A stretch of 64,000 nucleotides of DNA from Octopus vulgaris (Eukaryota). The stretch is from contig OX597827.1 of NCBI GenBank assembly GCA_951406725.2, forward strand, positions 72,664,001-72,728,000, written 5' to 3'. The number at the start of each line of letters is the position of its first letter. Within the stretch, counting starts at the first letter, position 1. The translations under genes were made by a program, and so were the position numbers. Under the pieces are notes generated by a model that saw only the letters and a program-made list of their open reading frames with translations, had not been told where the DNA came from and did no database searches. This document shows positions 42,148-55,700 of the stretch, piece after piece.

Positions 42148-42491
42148 AAGGAGAATGGTTGGCATATATACATTTATACATAAGGCGGCGAGCTGGCAGA
42201 AACGTTAGCATGCCGGGCGAAATGTGTAGCCGTATTTCGTCTGCCGTTACGTTCGGAGTTCAAATTCCGCCGAGGTCGAATTTGCCTTTCATCCTTTCGG
42301 GGTCGATAAATAAAGTACCAGTTATGCACTGGGGTCGATGTAATCGACTTCATCCGTTTGTCTGTCCTTGTTTGTCCCCTCTGTGTTTAGCCCCTTGTGG
42401 GTAGTAAAGAAATATATACATTTATACATAAATACACACACATGTACATATACATGCATATATATAGATTGACAGATATATATATATATAT

Positions 42492-45400
42492 ATAACATAA
42501 GGGACTAAAGCCATCTGAATATGGCTAGGGACAGGGCAGGGTGGTGGGGGTGTTACTGTTGCATTTAGCCCCAGGCGAACATCGACGTCACCAGAAAGGC
42601 CCGACACCGTCACGGTGTCCTTAACCTGCAAAGGGAGGTAATTCCCCGATGAAGCGGAAACCACACACGGACCATGGTTTCAAGGTGTATTGCCTATCGT
42701 CGGCGTGTGGTAGGCTTCCGCTCCCTCGACGAATCCTCACTCTGCAGGATATTCATATATAGATTTTCAAGCAAAATACATTTGCTGATTTCGAAAATCT
42801 GTTCGAAAGCAATAATAATTCTCTAAAAGAGATATAGACAGTAACTGCTCGATAACATAAGGGACTAAAGCCATCTGAATATGGCTAGGGACAGGGCAGG
42901 GTGGTGGGGGTGTTACTGTTGCATTTAGCCCCAGGCGAACATCGACGTCACCAGAAAGGCCCGACACCGTCACGGTGTCCTTAACCTGCAAAGGGAGGTA
43001 ATTCCCCGATGAAGCGGAAACCACACACGGACCATGGTTTCAAGGTGTATTGCCTATCGTCGGCGTGTGGTAGGCTTCCGCTCCCTCGACGAATCCTCAC
43101 TCTGCAGGATATTCATATATAGATTTTCAAGCAAAATACATTTGCTGATTTCGAAAATCTGTTCGAAAGCAATAATAATTCTCTAAAAGAGATATAGACA
43201 GTAACTGCTCGATAACATAAGGGACTAAAGCCATCTGAATATGGCTAGGGACAGGGCAGGGTGGTGGGGGTGTTACTGTTGCATTTAGCCCCAGGCGAAC
43301 ATCGACGTCACCAGAAAGGCCCGACACCGTCACGGTGTCCTTAACCTGCAAAGGGAGGTAATTCCCCGATGAAGCGGAAACCACACACGGACCATGGTTT
43401 CAAGGTGTATTGCCTATCGTCGGCGTGTGGTAGGCTTCCGCTCCCTCGACGAATCCTCACTCTGCAGGATATTCATATATAGATTTTCAAGCAAAATACA
43501 TTTGCTGATTTCGAAAATCTGTTCGAAAGCAATAATAATTCTCTAAAAGAGATATAGACAGTAACTGCTCGATAACATAAGGGACTAAAGCCATCTGAAT
43601 ATGGCTAGGGACAGGGCAGGGTGGTGGGGGTGTTACTGTTGCATTTAGCCCCAGGCGAACATCGACGTCACCAGAAAGGCCCGACACCGTCACGGTGTCC
43701 TTAACCTGCAAAGGGAGGTAATTCCCCGATGAAGCGGAAACCACACACGGACCATGGTTTCAAGGTGTATTGCCTATCGTCGGCGTGTGGTAGGCTTCCG
43801 CTCCTCGACGAATCCTCACTCTGCAGGATATTCATATATAGATTTTCAAGCAAAATACATTTGCTGATTTCGAAAATCTGTTCGAAAGCAATAATAATTC
43901 TCTAAAAGAGATATAGACAGTAACTGCTCGATAACATAAGGGACTAAAGCCATCTGAATATGGCTAGGGACAGGGCAGGGTGGTGGGGGTGTTACTGTTG
44001 CATTTAGCCCCAGGCGAACATCGACGTCACCAGAAAGGCCCGACACCGTCACGGTGTCCTTAACCTGCAAAGGGAGGTAATTCCTCGATGAAGCGGAAAC
44101 CACACACGGACCATGGTTTCAAGGTGTATTGCCTATCGTCGGCGTGTGGTAGGCTTCCGCTCCCTCGACGAATTCTCACTCTGCAGGATATTCATATATA
44201 GATTTTCAAGCAAAATACATTTGCTGATTTCGAAAATCTGTTCGAAAGCAATAATAATTCTCTAAAAGAGATATAGACAGTAACTGCTCGATAACATAAG
44301 GGACTAAAGCCATCTGAATATGGCTAGGGACAGGGCAGGGTGGTGGGGGTGTTACTGTTGCATTTAGCCCCAGGCGAACATCGACGTCACCAGAAAGGCT
44401 CGACACCGTCACGGTGTCCTTAACCTGCAAAGGGAGGTAATTCCCCGATGAAGCGGAAACCACACACGGACCATGGTTTCAAGGTGTATTGCCTATCGTC
44501 GGCGTGTGGTAGGCTTCCGCTTCCTCGACGAATTCTCACTCTGCAGGATATTCATATATAGATTTTCAAGCAAAATACATTTGCTGATTTCGAAAATCTG
44601 TTCGAAAGCAATAATAATTCTCTAAAAGAGATATAGACAGTAACTGCTCGATAACATAAGGGACTAAAGCCATCTGAATATGGCTAGGGACAGGGCAGGG
44701 TGGTGGGGGTGTTACTGTTGCATTTAGCCCCAGGCGAACATCGACGTCACCAGAAAGGCTCGACACCGTCACGGTGTCCTTATCCTGCAAAGGGAGGTAA
44801 TTCCCCGATGAAGCGGAAACCACACACGGACCATGGTTTCAAGGTGTATTGCCTATCGTCGGCGTGTGGTAGGCTTCCGCTTCCTCGACGAATTCTCACT
44901 CTGCAGGATATTCATATATAGATTTTCAAGCAAAATACATTTGCTGATTTCGAAAATCTGTTCGAAAGCAATAATAATTCTCTAAAAGAGATATAGACAG
45001 TAACTGCTCGATAACATAAGGGACTAAAGCCATCTGAATATGGCTAGGGACAGGGCAGGGTGGTGGGGGTGTTACTGTTGCATTTAGCCCCAGGCGAACA
45101 TCGACGTCACCAGAAAGGCTCGACACCGTCACGGTGTCCTTATCCTGCAAAGGGAGGTAATTCCCCGATGAAGCGGAAACCACACACGGACCATGGTTTC
45201 AAGGTGTATTGCCTATCGTCGGCGTGTGGTAGGCTTCCGCTTCCTCGACGAATTCTCACTCTGCAGGATATTCATATATAGATTTTCAAGCAAAATACAT
45301 TTGCTGATTTCGAAAATCTGTTCGAAAGCAATAATAATTCTCTAAAAGAGATATAGACAGTAACTGCTCGATAACATAAGGGACTAAAGCCATCTGAATA

Positions 45401-46382
45401 TGGCTAGGGACAGGGCAGGGTGGTGGGGGTGTTACTGTTGCATTTAGCCCCAGGCGAACATCGACGTCACCAGAAAGGCCCGACACCGTCACGGTGTCCT
45501 TAACCTGCAAAGGGAGGTAATTCCCCGATGAAGCGGAAACCACACACGGACCATGGTTTCAAGGTGTATTGCCTATCGTCGGCGTGTGGTAGGCTTCCGC
45601 TTCCTCGACGAATTCTCACTCTGCAGGATATTCATATATAGATTTTCAAGCAAAATACATTTGCTGATTTCGAAAATCTGTTCGAAAGCAATAATAATTC
45701 TCTAAAAGAGATATAGACAGTAACTGCTCGATAACATAAGGGACTAAAGCCATCTGAATATGGCTAGGGACAGGGCAGGGTGGTGGGGGTGTTACTGTTG
45801 CATTTAGCCCCAGGCGAACATCGACGTCACCAGAAAGGCCCGACACCGTCACGGTGTCCTTAACCTGCAAAGGGAGGTAATTCCCCGATGAAGCGGAAAC
45901 CACACACGGACCATGGTTTCAAGGTGTATTGCCTATCGTCGGCGTGTGGTAGGCTTCCGCTTCCTCGACGAATCCTCACTCTGCAGGATATTCATATATA
46001 GATTTTCAAGCAAAATACATTTGCTGATTTCGAAAATCTGTTCGAAAGCAATAATAATTCTCTAAAAGAGATATAGACAGTAACTGCTCGATAACATAAG
46101 GGACTAAAGCCATCTGAATATGGCTAGGGACAGGGCAGGGTGGTGGGGGTGTTACTGTTGCATTTAGCCCCAGGCGAACATCGACGTCACCAGAAAGGCT
46201 CGACACCGTCACGGTGTCCTTATCCTGCAAAGGGAGGTAATTCCCCGATGAAGCGGAAACCACACACGGACCATGGTTTCAAGGTGTATTGCCTATCGTC
46301 GGCGTGTGGTAGGCTTCCGCTCCCTCGACGAATCCTCACTCTGCAGGATATTCATATATAGATTTTCAAGCAAAATACATTT
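42492..46382 (-). repeat. Tandem array of ~10.8 x 360-bp near-identical units, each with a predicted hammerhead (retrozyme-like)
   Basis: Units start at 42492, 42852, 43212, 43572, 43931 ... 46091; first HHR at 42664-42709 (minus). Confidence 0.95.
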
Positions 46383-46385
46383 TTC

Positions 46386-46747
46386 CTTTCGAACAGATTT
46401 TCGAAATCAGCAAATGTATTTTGCTTGAAAATCTATATATGAATATCCTGCAGAGTGAGGATTCGTCGAGGGAGCGGAAGCCTACCACACGCCGACGATA
46501 GGCAATACACCTTGAAACCATGGTCCGTGTGTGGTTTCCGCTTCATCGAGGAATTACCTCCCTTTGCAGGTCAAGGACACCGTGACGGTGTCGGGCCTTT
46601 CTGGTGACGTCGATGTTCGCCTGGGGCTAAATGCAACAGTAACACCCCCACCACCCTGCCCTGTCCCTAGCCATATTCAGATGGCTTTAGTCCCTTATGT
46701 TATCGAGCAGTTACTGTCTATATCTCTTTTAGAGAATTATTATTGCT
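46386..46747 (+). repeat. One complete inverted copy of the 360-bp unit
   Basis: Reverse complement of the array unit; followed by (TA)n. Confidence 0.95.
46486..46531 (+). ncRNA. Type I hammerhead of the 360-bp unit (representative copy)
   Basis: CACACG-CCGACGA-TAGGCAATACACCTT-GAAA-CCATGG-TC|CGTGTG. Confidence 0.78.
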
Positions 46748-46771
46748 ATATATATATATATATATATATAC

Positions 46772-47165
46772 AAGCAGTATCGCCCGGCGTTGCTTGGGTT
46801 TGTAAGGGAAATAACTATATAAGCTTTTTTAGAGATGTAAAGTATAATAGCCATCTCAATATGGCTAACCACAAAGGCGGGGGGGGGGCTGTTACTATAG
46901 CTTTTTACGTTCTGAGATTTAATAATACATTTTTAGAGAGTTACTTCCCTTATATAGTAGCAAAAAAATGCATTAAAATGGGAAAAAATTATGGTATTTT
47001 TTTTTTAAATCGTAGACTCATCATAGACGCGCGCTAATACCCAGAAGGGCTCGATATGAATCACGACTATAAGATACCCACTTTTGGTTACACTGCACCG
47101 CAAAATGTGGGAGTAGTTAGGAATCTAAATCATTGGGAGACAGACACACAACTTCACTTTTATAT
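46772..47165 (-). mobile_element. Non-autonomous Helitron copy related to 20597-21123
   Basis: Shares the gcagtatcgcccggcgttgc end and the gactcatc...gacagacacacaac segment. Confidence 0.75.
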
Positions 47166-47917
47166 ATATATATATATATATGACAGATAGTTGCATACAT
47201 ACATATATACATATTTTTTTAACATTCAATTTCTATACTTGTGATTGGTTGGAAGGTGTTTTCTTGAGACAGATTATCTATGGCTGGATGATCTTGCTCT
47301 CGTCACTCTTCACCTGTTTTCGTGAAAGGTAATATTTTCCTCATGACCAGATATTTTCTGAAGGAAGACTGCAAATGAAGGACACTGAATTCATAATGCT
47401 GGTGTGAAGGCGTAGTCATAGGTGCAGACGTGGCTGTGTGGTAAGAAGCTTACTTCCGAACCACATGGTTCTGGGTTCAGTCCCACTGAATGGCACTTTG
47501 GGCTACCAAATTCTCTCACAAGGCTTTGGTAGATGGAAACTAAAAGATGTTGTGTGTGTGTGTGTGTGTGCATATGGATGTGTGTGTGTGTGTATGTGTA
47601 GGAGCATGTGTGTGTGTATAAGCATGTGTGTGTGTGTGTGTATTATGTGCACGTGTGTGTCTGTATCTCTGTGTTTGTCCCCTAAATCCACCATGTGACA
47701 ACCAGTGCTAATGCAACTACATCCTTGTAACTTAGCGGTCCAGCAAAAGAGACTGACAGAATAAGCACCAGGTTTAAAGAAACAAAAATAAGCACTGGGG
47801 TCGATATGTTTGACTGGAAATTCTTCAAGGCTGTGCTCCAGCATGGCCACAATCTAAATACTGAAACAAGTTAAAGATAAAAAAAAAACTATCAGTCGAT
47901 GACAAGTGAAATTGACT

Positions 47918-47951
<34 letters not shown>

Positions 47952-48211
47952 TTTTGCCTAAAGTCACCATCTTGTCCCCTATTCTCCTCTTCAGATGTAG
48001 GGGCTTTTTAGTCATGTACATTACAATGCATTCATGCTGGTGTCACAGAGTAAAGGAAAGGCATCCAGAACACCTTACAAAATGGTTGTTGTTAGGAAGG
48101 GCATTCAGAGGTAGAAAGCATGCAACTTTGGAGTGCAATGTGGTCCCTTGCCCTGTTGGATTGTGTAAAACTCTTCCAACCCATGCCAGCAAGGAAAGTG
48201 GATATGATGAA

Positions 48212-48249
<38 letters not shown>

Positions 48250-49005
48250 AATGGTTTCTCTCTCTCTTTCTTTCTCTCTCTCTCTTTCTGTAAAATCACT
48301 GAAAGAGATTATAAAACTATTTCTCTCTTTCTATGAGAACACAGAGCTGAATGGGCAGTGAAAGTGGGCCAAAAGCACAAAAGACACACAAAAAGGAAAG
48401 AAAAAAAACTAACAACAACAACAACAATTACAACAATAGCAACAACAACAACAACAAACTAGATAGTAAAAATAAAAATATAAACATAAAAACTTCAAAA
48501 TGTGTGTGTGCGGGTCTGTGTGCATATATATGCGTATGCTTGTGTGTAATAATGCATGTGTGTTTGTGTGTGCGTGTATTTATGGTTGTATTTATATATG
48601 CATGAATGCATTATTTATATATATTTATGTGAGTGTATATATGTGTAGTTATGCATATTTTCTGATGGGACAAACTGGAATTTCCTTTATCCTGTTTGAA
48701 TACTTGTAACCTTCACCTAGCACAGATCCAACAGTTGCCCTTAAGAAGTTTGTTTGGCAAAACCTTATAATACTCCGTAACCTTATAATCCATTCTTCCA
48801 TGACCAACCCTCCATAACCTTTTAAGAGTTATTAGGTAAATATAGGCGCAGGAGTGGCTGTGTGGTAAGTAGCTTGCTTAGCAACCACATGGTTCCGGGT
48901 TCAGTCCCACTGCATGGCACCTTGGGCAAGTGTCTTCTACTATAGCCTTGTGAGTGGATTTGGCAGACAGAAACTGAGAGAAGCCTGTCGTATATATATA
49001 TATAC

Positions 49006-49065
<60 letters not shown>

Positions 49066-52000
49066 TTGTGCTTGTCCCCCCACCATCGCTTGACAACCGA
49101 GGCTGGTGTGTTTACATCCCCGTAACTTAGCAGTTTGGCAAAAGAGACCAATAGAATAAGTACTAGGCTTACAAAGATTGAGTCCTGGGGTTGATTTGTT
49201 TGACTAAAGGCGGTGCCCCAGCATGGCCACAGTCAAATGACTGAAACAAATAAAAGAGTATATATAATATATGTAATGTAAGGCTGTGAGTTGGCAGAAT
49301 AATAAGCATACTTAGCATAAAAACTTAAAAGTATTTCCTCCAAGTTGTTTGGAGGCTGTGATTGAAGCCAATGGCTATTTTATTGAATAAATTCACTGTT
49401 TAGTATTTCAAGATATTTTTATGTAATTTTGGTAAATATATCTGATAAAATGAGATGTTAGTGTTATTTTCATTTTTGCGTAATTTAGATAATATATCCA
49501 CCACGCCCTGCATGTGTATTATATATGTAATGTATATATAATAAATAAATATAATATATATGTGTGTGTGTGTAATAATTAAATCATATATTATGCATTT
49601 TATTGTGTTTTGTTATGCATATGATCCCCTGTTCCATGGGAAAACTGTCTTGACTGAAACCAGTCTGTGATACAAAAATGTCTGGAGACCACTAACGTAA
49701 GGCATAAATAAAAGCCCATATGATGTTCAGGTTTTCTGTTGTAGTAAATTTATCATAAGCTAAGAGATACAAACTACACTTTTTAAGCTTGAAATATATC
49801 TTTCCGAAATTAGAAGTCACTTTATAAGGTGGGAATAGAATGTAAACCATAACCACAAAGAGATAATCAAGAAAAATTGGGCTCCGGGTGATTGAGGTGT
49901 ACTTCTTGTTGTAACTCCAGCAAGTTACCACAAATAATTTCAAATAGAAGTGGAAATTAGTGAATCTATTTAATATATTGGAATTTGTAGTTTTGTGGTA
50001 CCAGTGCCGGTGGCACATACGAAAACCATCCGAACGTGGCCGTAGCCAGTACCGCATTGACTGGCCTCCGTGCCGGTGGCACGTAAAAAACACCATCCGA
50101 GCGTGGCCGTTCACCAGCCTCGTCTGGCACCTGTGTCGGTGGCACATAAAATCACCCACTACACTCTCGGAGTGGTTGGCGTTAGGAAGGGCATCCAGCT
50201 GTAGAAACACTGCCAGATCTGACTGGCCTGGTGCAGCCTTCGGGCTTCCCAGACCCCAGTTGAACCGTCCAACCCATGCTAGCATGGAAAGCGGACGTTA
50301 AACGATGATGATGATGATGATGAACATACAGATTACCAGTGACATGTAATAATGATTTAAAAAATTGTTTACCTGGCGGGAGATTATATTTTTTGTGTCG
50401 AAACATGGCCTGGAATCTAGGGTTTTAGATCTAATTTAGCAGAAACCAAAGTCCTAGTAAGTGGGAAAACAGAAAAATCACAAGTCCCTTCTCGGAGATG
50501 GCCCTACTTGATATGTAAAAAGGGTGTCTGTAGAAACTCCATATGTTGTATCCAGTGAAAGCGTTGGTGTAGTGGTATCAGATGAAGGTTAACGGAGAAT
50601 ATAGTGTTGTGTGTTGCAAATGCATTAAAATGGGAAAAAATTATGGTATTTTTTTTTTAAATCGTAGACTCATCATAGACGCGCGCTAATACCCAGAAGG
50701 GCTCGATATGAATCATGACTATAAGATACCCACTTTTGGTTACACTGCACCGCAAAATGTGGGAGTAGTTAGGAATCTAAATCATTGGGAGACAGACACA
50801 CAACTTCACTTTTATATATATATATATATGACAGATAGTTGCATACATACATATATACATATTTTTTTAACATTCAATTTCTATACTTGTGATTGGTTGG
50901 AAGGTGTTTTCTTGAGACAGATCATCTATGGCTGGATGATCTTGCTCTCGTCACTCTTCACCTGTTTTCGTGAAAGGTAATATTTTCCTCATGACCAGAT
51001 ATTTTCTGAAGGAAGACTGCAAATGAAGGACACTGAATTCATAATGCTGGTGTGAAGGCGTAGTCATAGGTGCAGACGTGGCTGTGTGGTAAGAAGCTTA
51101 CTTCCGAACCACATGGTTCTGGGTTCAGTCCCACTGAATGGCACTTTGGGCTACCAAATTCTCTCACAAGGCTTTGGTAGATGGAAACTATGTGTGTGTG
51201 TGTGTGTGTGCATATGGATGTGTGTGTGTGTATGTGTAGGAGCATGTGTGTGTGTATAAGCATGTGTGTGTGTGTGTGTATTATGTGCACGTGTGTGTCT
51301 GTATCTCTGTGTTTGTCCCCTAAATCCACCATGTGACAACCAGTGCTAATGCAACTACATCCTTGTAACTTAGCGGTCCAGCAAAAGAGACTGACAGAAT
51401 AAGCACCAGGTTTAAAGAAACAAAAATAAGCACTGGGGTCGATATGTTTGACTGGAAATTCTTCAAGGCTGTGCTCCAGCATGGCCACAATCTAAATACT
51501 GAAACAAGTTAAAGATAAAAAAAAAAACTATCAGTCGATGACAAGTGAAATTGACTGTAACACACACACACACACACACACACGCTTTTTGCCTAAAGTC
51601 ACCATCTTGTCCCCTATTCTCCTCTTCAGATGTAGGGGCTTTTTAGTCATGTACATTACAATGCATTCATGCTGGTGTCACAGAGTAAAGGAAAGGCATC
51701 CAGAACACCTTACAAAATGGTTGTTGTTAGGAAGGGCATTCAGAGGTAGAAAGCATGCAACTTTGGAGTGCAATGTGGTCCCTTGCCCTGTTGGATTGTG
51801 TAAAACTCTTCCAACCCATGCCAGCAAGGAAAGTGGATATGATGAAATGATGATGATGATGATGATGATGATAATGGTTTCTCTCTCTCTTTCTTTCTCT
51901 CTCTCTCTTTCTGTAAAATTACTGAAAGAGATTATAAAACTATTTCTCTCTTTCTATGAGAACACAGAGCTGAATGGGCAGTGGAAAGTGGGCCAAAAGC

Positions 52001-52664
52001 ACAAAAGACACACAAAAAGGAAAAAAAAAAACTAACAACAACAACAATTACAACAATAGCAACAATAACAACAACAACAACAACAACAAACTAGATAGTA
52101 AAAATAAAAATATAAACATAAAAACTTCAAAATGTGTGTGTGCGGGTCTGTGTGCATATATATGCGTATGCTTGTGTGTAATAATGCATGTGTGTTTGTG
52201 TGTGTGTGTATTTATGGTTGTATTTATATATGCATGAATGCATTATTTATATATATTTATGTGAGTGTATATATGTGTAGTTATGCATATTTTCTGATGG
52301 GACAAACTGGAATTTCCTTTATCCTGTTTGAATACTTGTAACCTTCACCTAGCACAGATCCAACAGTTGCCCTTAAGAAGTTTGTTTGGCAAAACCTTAT
52401 AATACTCCGTAACCTTATAATCCATTCTTCCATGACCAACCCTCCATAACCTTTTAAGAGTTATTAGGTAAATATAGGCGCAGGAGTGGCTGTGTGGTAA
52501 GTAGCTTGCTTAGCAACCACATGGTTCCGGGTTCAGTCCCACTGCATGGCACCTTGGGCAAGTGTCTTCTACTATAGCCTTGGGCCGACCAAAGCCTTGT
52601 GAGTGGATTTGGCAGACAGAAACTGAGAGAAGCCTGTCGTATATATATATATACATATATATAT

Positions 52665-52713
<49 letters not shown>

Positions 52714-55700
52714 TTGTGCTTGTCCCCCCCACCATCGCTTGACAACCGAGGCTGGTGTGTTTACATCCCCGTAACTTAGCAGTTTGGCAAAAGAGACCAA
52801 TAGAATAAGTACTAGGCTTACAAAGATTGAGTCCTGGGGTTGATTTGTTTGACTAAAGGCGGTGCCCCAGCATGGCCACAGTCAAATGACTGAAACAAAT
52901 AAAAGAGTATATATAATATATGTAATGTAAGGCTGTGAGTTGGCAGAATAATAAGCATACTTAGCATAAAAACTTAAAAGTATTTCCTCCAAGTTGTTTG
53001 GAGGCTGTGATTGAAGCCAATGGCTATTTTATTGAATAAATTCACTGTTTAGTATTTCAAGATATTTTTATGTAAGTTTGGTAAATATATCTGATAAAAT
53101 GAGATGTTAGTGTTATTTTCATTTTTGCGTAATTTAGATAATATATCCACCACGCCCTGCATGTGTATTATATATGTAATGTATATATAATAAATAAATA
53201 TAATATATATGTGTGTGTGTAATAATTAAATCATATATTATGCATTTTATTGTGTTTTGTTATGCATATGATCCCCTGTTCCATGGGAAAACTGTCTTGA
53301 CTGAAACCAGTCTGTGATACAAAAATGTCTGGAGACCACTAACGTAAGGCATAAATAAAAGCCCATATGATGTTCAGGTTTTCTGTTGTAGTAAATTTAT
53401 CATAAGCTAAGAGATACAAACTACACTTTTTAAGCTTGAAATATATCTTTCCGAAATTAGAAGTCACTTTATAAGGTGGGAATAGAATGTAAACCATAAC
53501 CACAAAGAGATAATCAAGAAAAATTGGGCTCCGGGTGATTGAGGTATACTTCTTGTTGTAACTCCAGCAAGTTACCACAAATAATTTCAAATAGAAGTGG
53601 AAATTAGTGAATCTATTTAATATATTGGAATTTGTAGTTTTGTGGTACCAGTGCCGGTGGCACATACGAAAACCATCCGAACGTGGCCGTAGCCAGTACC
53701 GCATTGACTGGCCTCCGTGCCGGTGGCACGTAAAAAACACCATCCGAGCGTGGCCGTTCACCAGCCTCGTCTGGCACCTGTGTCGGTGGCACATAAAATC
53801 ACCCACTACACTCTCGGAGTGGTTGGCGTTAGGAAGGGCATCCAGCTGTAGAAACACTGCCAGATCTGACTGGCCTGGTGCAGCCTTCGGGCTTCCCAGA
53901 CCCCAGTTGAACCGTCCAACCCATGCTAGCATGGAAAGCAGACGTTAAACGATGATGATGATGATGATGAACATACAGATTACCAGTGACATGTAATAAT
54001 GATTTAAAAAATTGTTTACCTGGCGGGAGATTATATTTTTTGTGTCGAAACTTGGCCTGGAATCTCAGGGTTTTAGATCTAATTTAGCAGAAACCAAAGT
54101 CCTAGTAAGTGGGAAAACAGAAAAATCACAAGTCCCTTCTCGGAGATGGCCCTACTTGATATGTAAAAAGGGTGTCTGTAGAAACTCCATATGTTGTATC
54201 CAGTGAAAGCGTTGGTGTAGTGGTATCAGATGAAGGTTAACGGAGAATATAGTGTTGTGTGTTGCAAATGCATTAAAATGGGAAAAAATTATGGTATTTT
54301 TTTTTTTAAATTGTAGACTCATCATAAACGCGCGCTAATACCCAGAAGGGCTCGATATGAATCACGACTATAAGATACCCACTTTTGGTTACACTGCACC
54401 GCAAAATGTGGGAGTAGTTAGGAATCTAAATCATTGGGAGACAGACACACAACTTCACTTTTATATATATATATATATGACAGATAGTTGCATACATACA
54501 TATATACATATTTTTTTAACATTCAATTTCTATACTTGTGATTGGTTGGAAGGTGTTTTCTTGAGACAGATTATCTATGGCTGGATGATCTTGCTCTCGT
54601 CACTCTTCACCTGTTTTCGTGAAAGGTAATATTTTCCTCATGACCAGATATTTTCTGAAGGAAGACTGCATATGAAGGACACTGAATTCATAATGCTGGT
54701 GTGAAGGCGTAGTCATAGGTGCAGACGTGGCTGTGTGGTAAGAAGCTTACTTCCGAACCACATGGTTCTGGGTTCAGTCCCACTGAATGGCACTTTGGGC
54801 TACCAAATTCTCTCACAAGGCTTTGGTAGATGGAAACTAAAAGATGTTGTGTGTGTGTGTGTGTGTGCATATGGATGTGTGTGTGTGTATGTGTAGGAGC
54901 ATGTGTGTGTGTATAAGCATGTGTGTGTGTGTGTGTATTATGTGCACGTGTGTGTCTGTATCTCTGTGTTTGTCCCCTAAATCCACCATGTGACAACCAG
55001 TGCTAATGCAACTACATCCTTGTAACTTAGTGGTCCAGCAAAAGAGACTGACAGAATAAGCACCAGGTTTAAAGAAACAAAAATAAGCACTGGGGTCGAT
55101 ATGTTTGACTGGAAATTCTTCAAGGCTGTGCTCCAGCATGGCCACAATCTAAATACTGAAACAAGTTAAAGATAAAAAAAAAACTATCAGTCGATGACAA
55201 GTGAAATTGACTGTAACACACACACACACACACACACACACGCTTTTTGCCTAAAGTCACCATCTTGTCCCCTATTCTCCTCTTCAGATGTAGGGGCTTT
55301 TTAGTCATGTACATTACAATGCATTCATGCTGGTGTCACAGAGTAAAGGAAAGGCATCCAGAACACCTTACAAAATGGTTGTTGTTAGGAAGGGCATTCA
55401 GAGGTAGAAAGCATGCAACTTTGGAGTGCAATGTGGTCCCTTGCCCTGTTGGATTGTGTAAAACTCTTCCAACCCATGCCAGCAAGGAAAGTGGATATGA
55501 TGAAATGATGATGATGATGATGATGATAATGGTTTCTCTCTCTCTTTCTTTCTCTCTCTCTCTTTCTGTAAAATCACTGAAAGAGATTATAAAACTATTT
55601 CTCTCTTTCTATGAGAACACAGAGCTGAATGGGCAGTGGAAGTGGGCCAAAAGCACAAAAGACACACAAAAAGGAAAAAAAAAAACTAACAACAACAACA

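Noticed and set aside
42646-42681. Plus-strand hammerhead-like CCGATGA...GAAACCA...TGGTT
   Set aside because: No stem II and stem I cannot pair; it reflects self-complementarity of the minus-strand rod
42750-42764. Helitron-like TCTATATAT start inside the 360-bp unit (Helitron-derived satellite hypothesis)
   Set aside because: No CTAG/hairpin 3' end in the unit and the match is low complexity; retained only as the shared-motif finding
42422-47037. Repeated 85-aa and 73-aa ORFs (MVSASSGNYLPL...)
   Set aside because: They use GTG starts, have no recognisable domain and merely recur with the repeat unit; the structured-RNA explanation fits better
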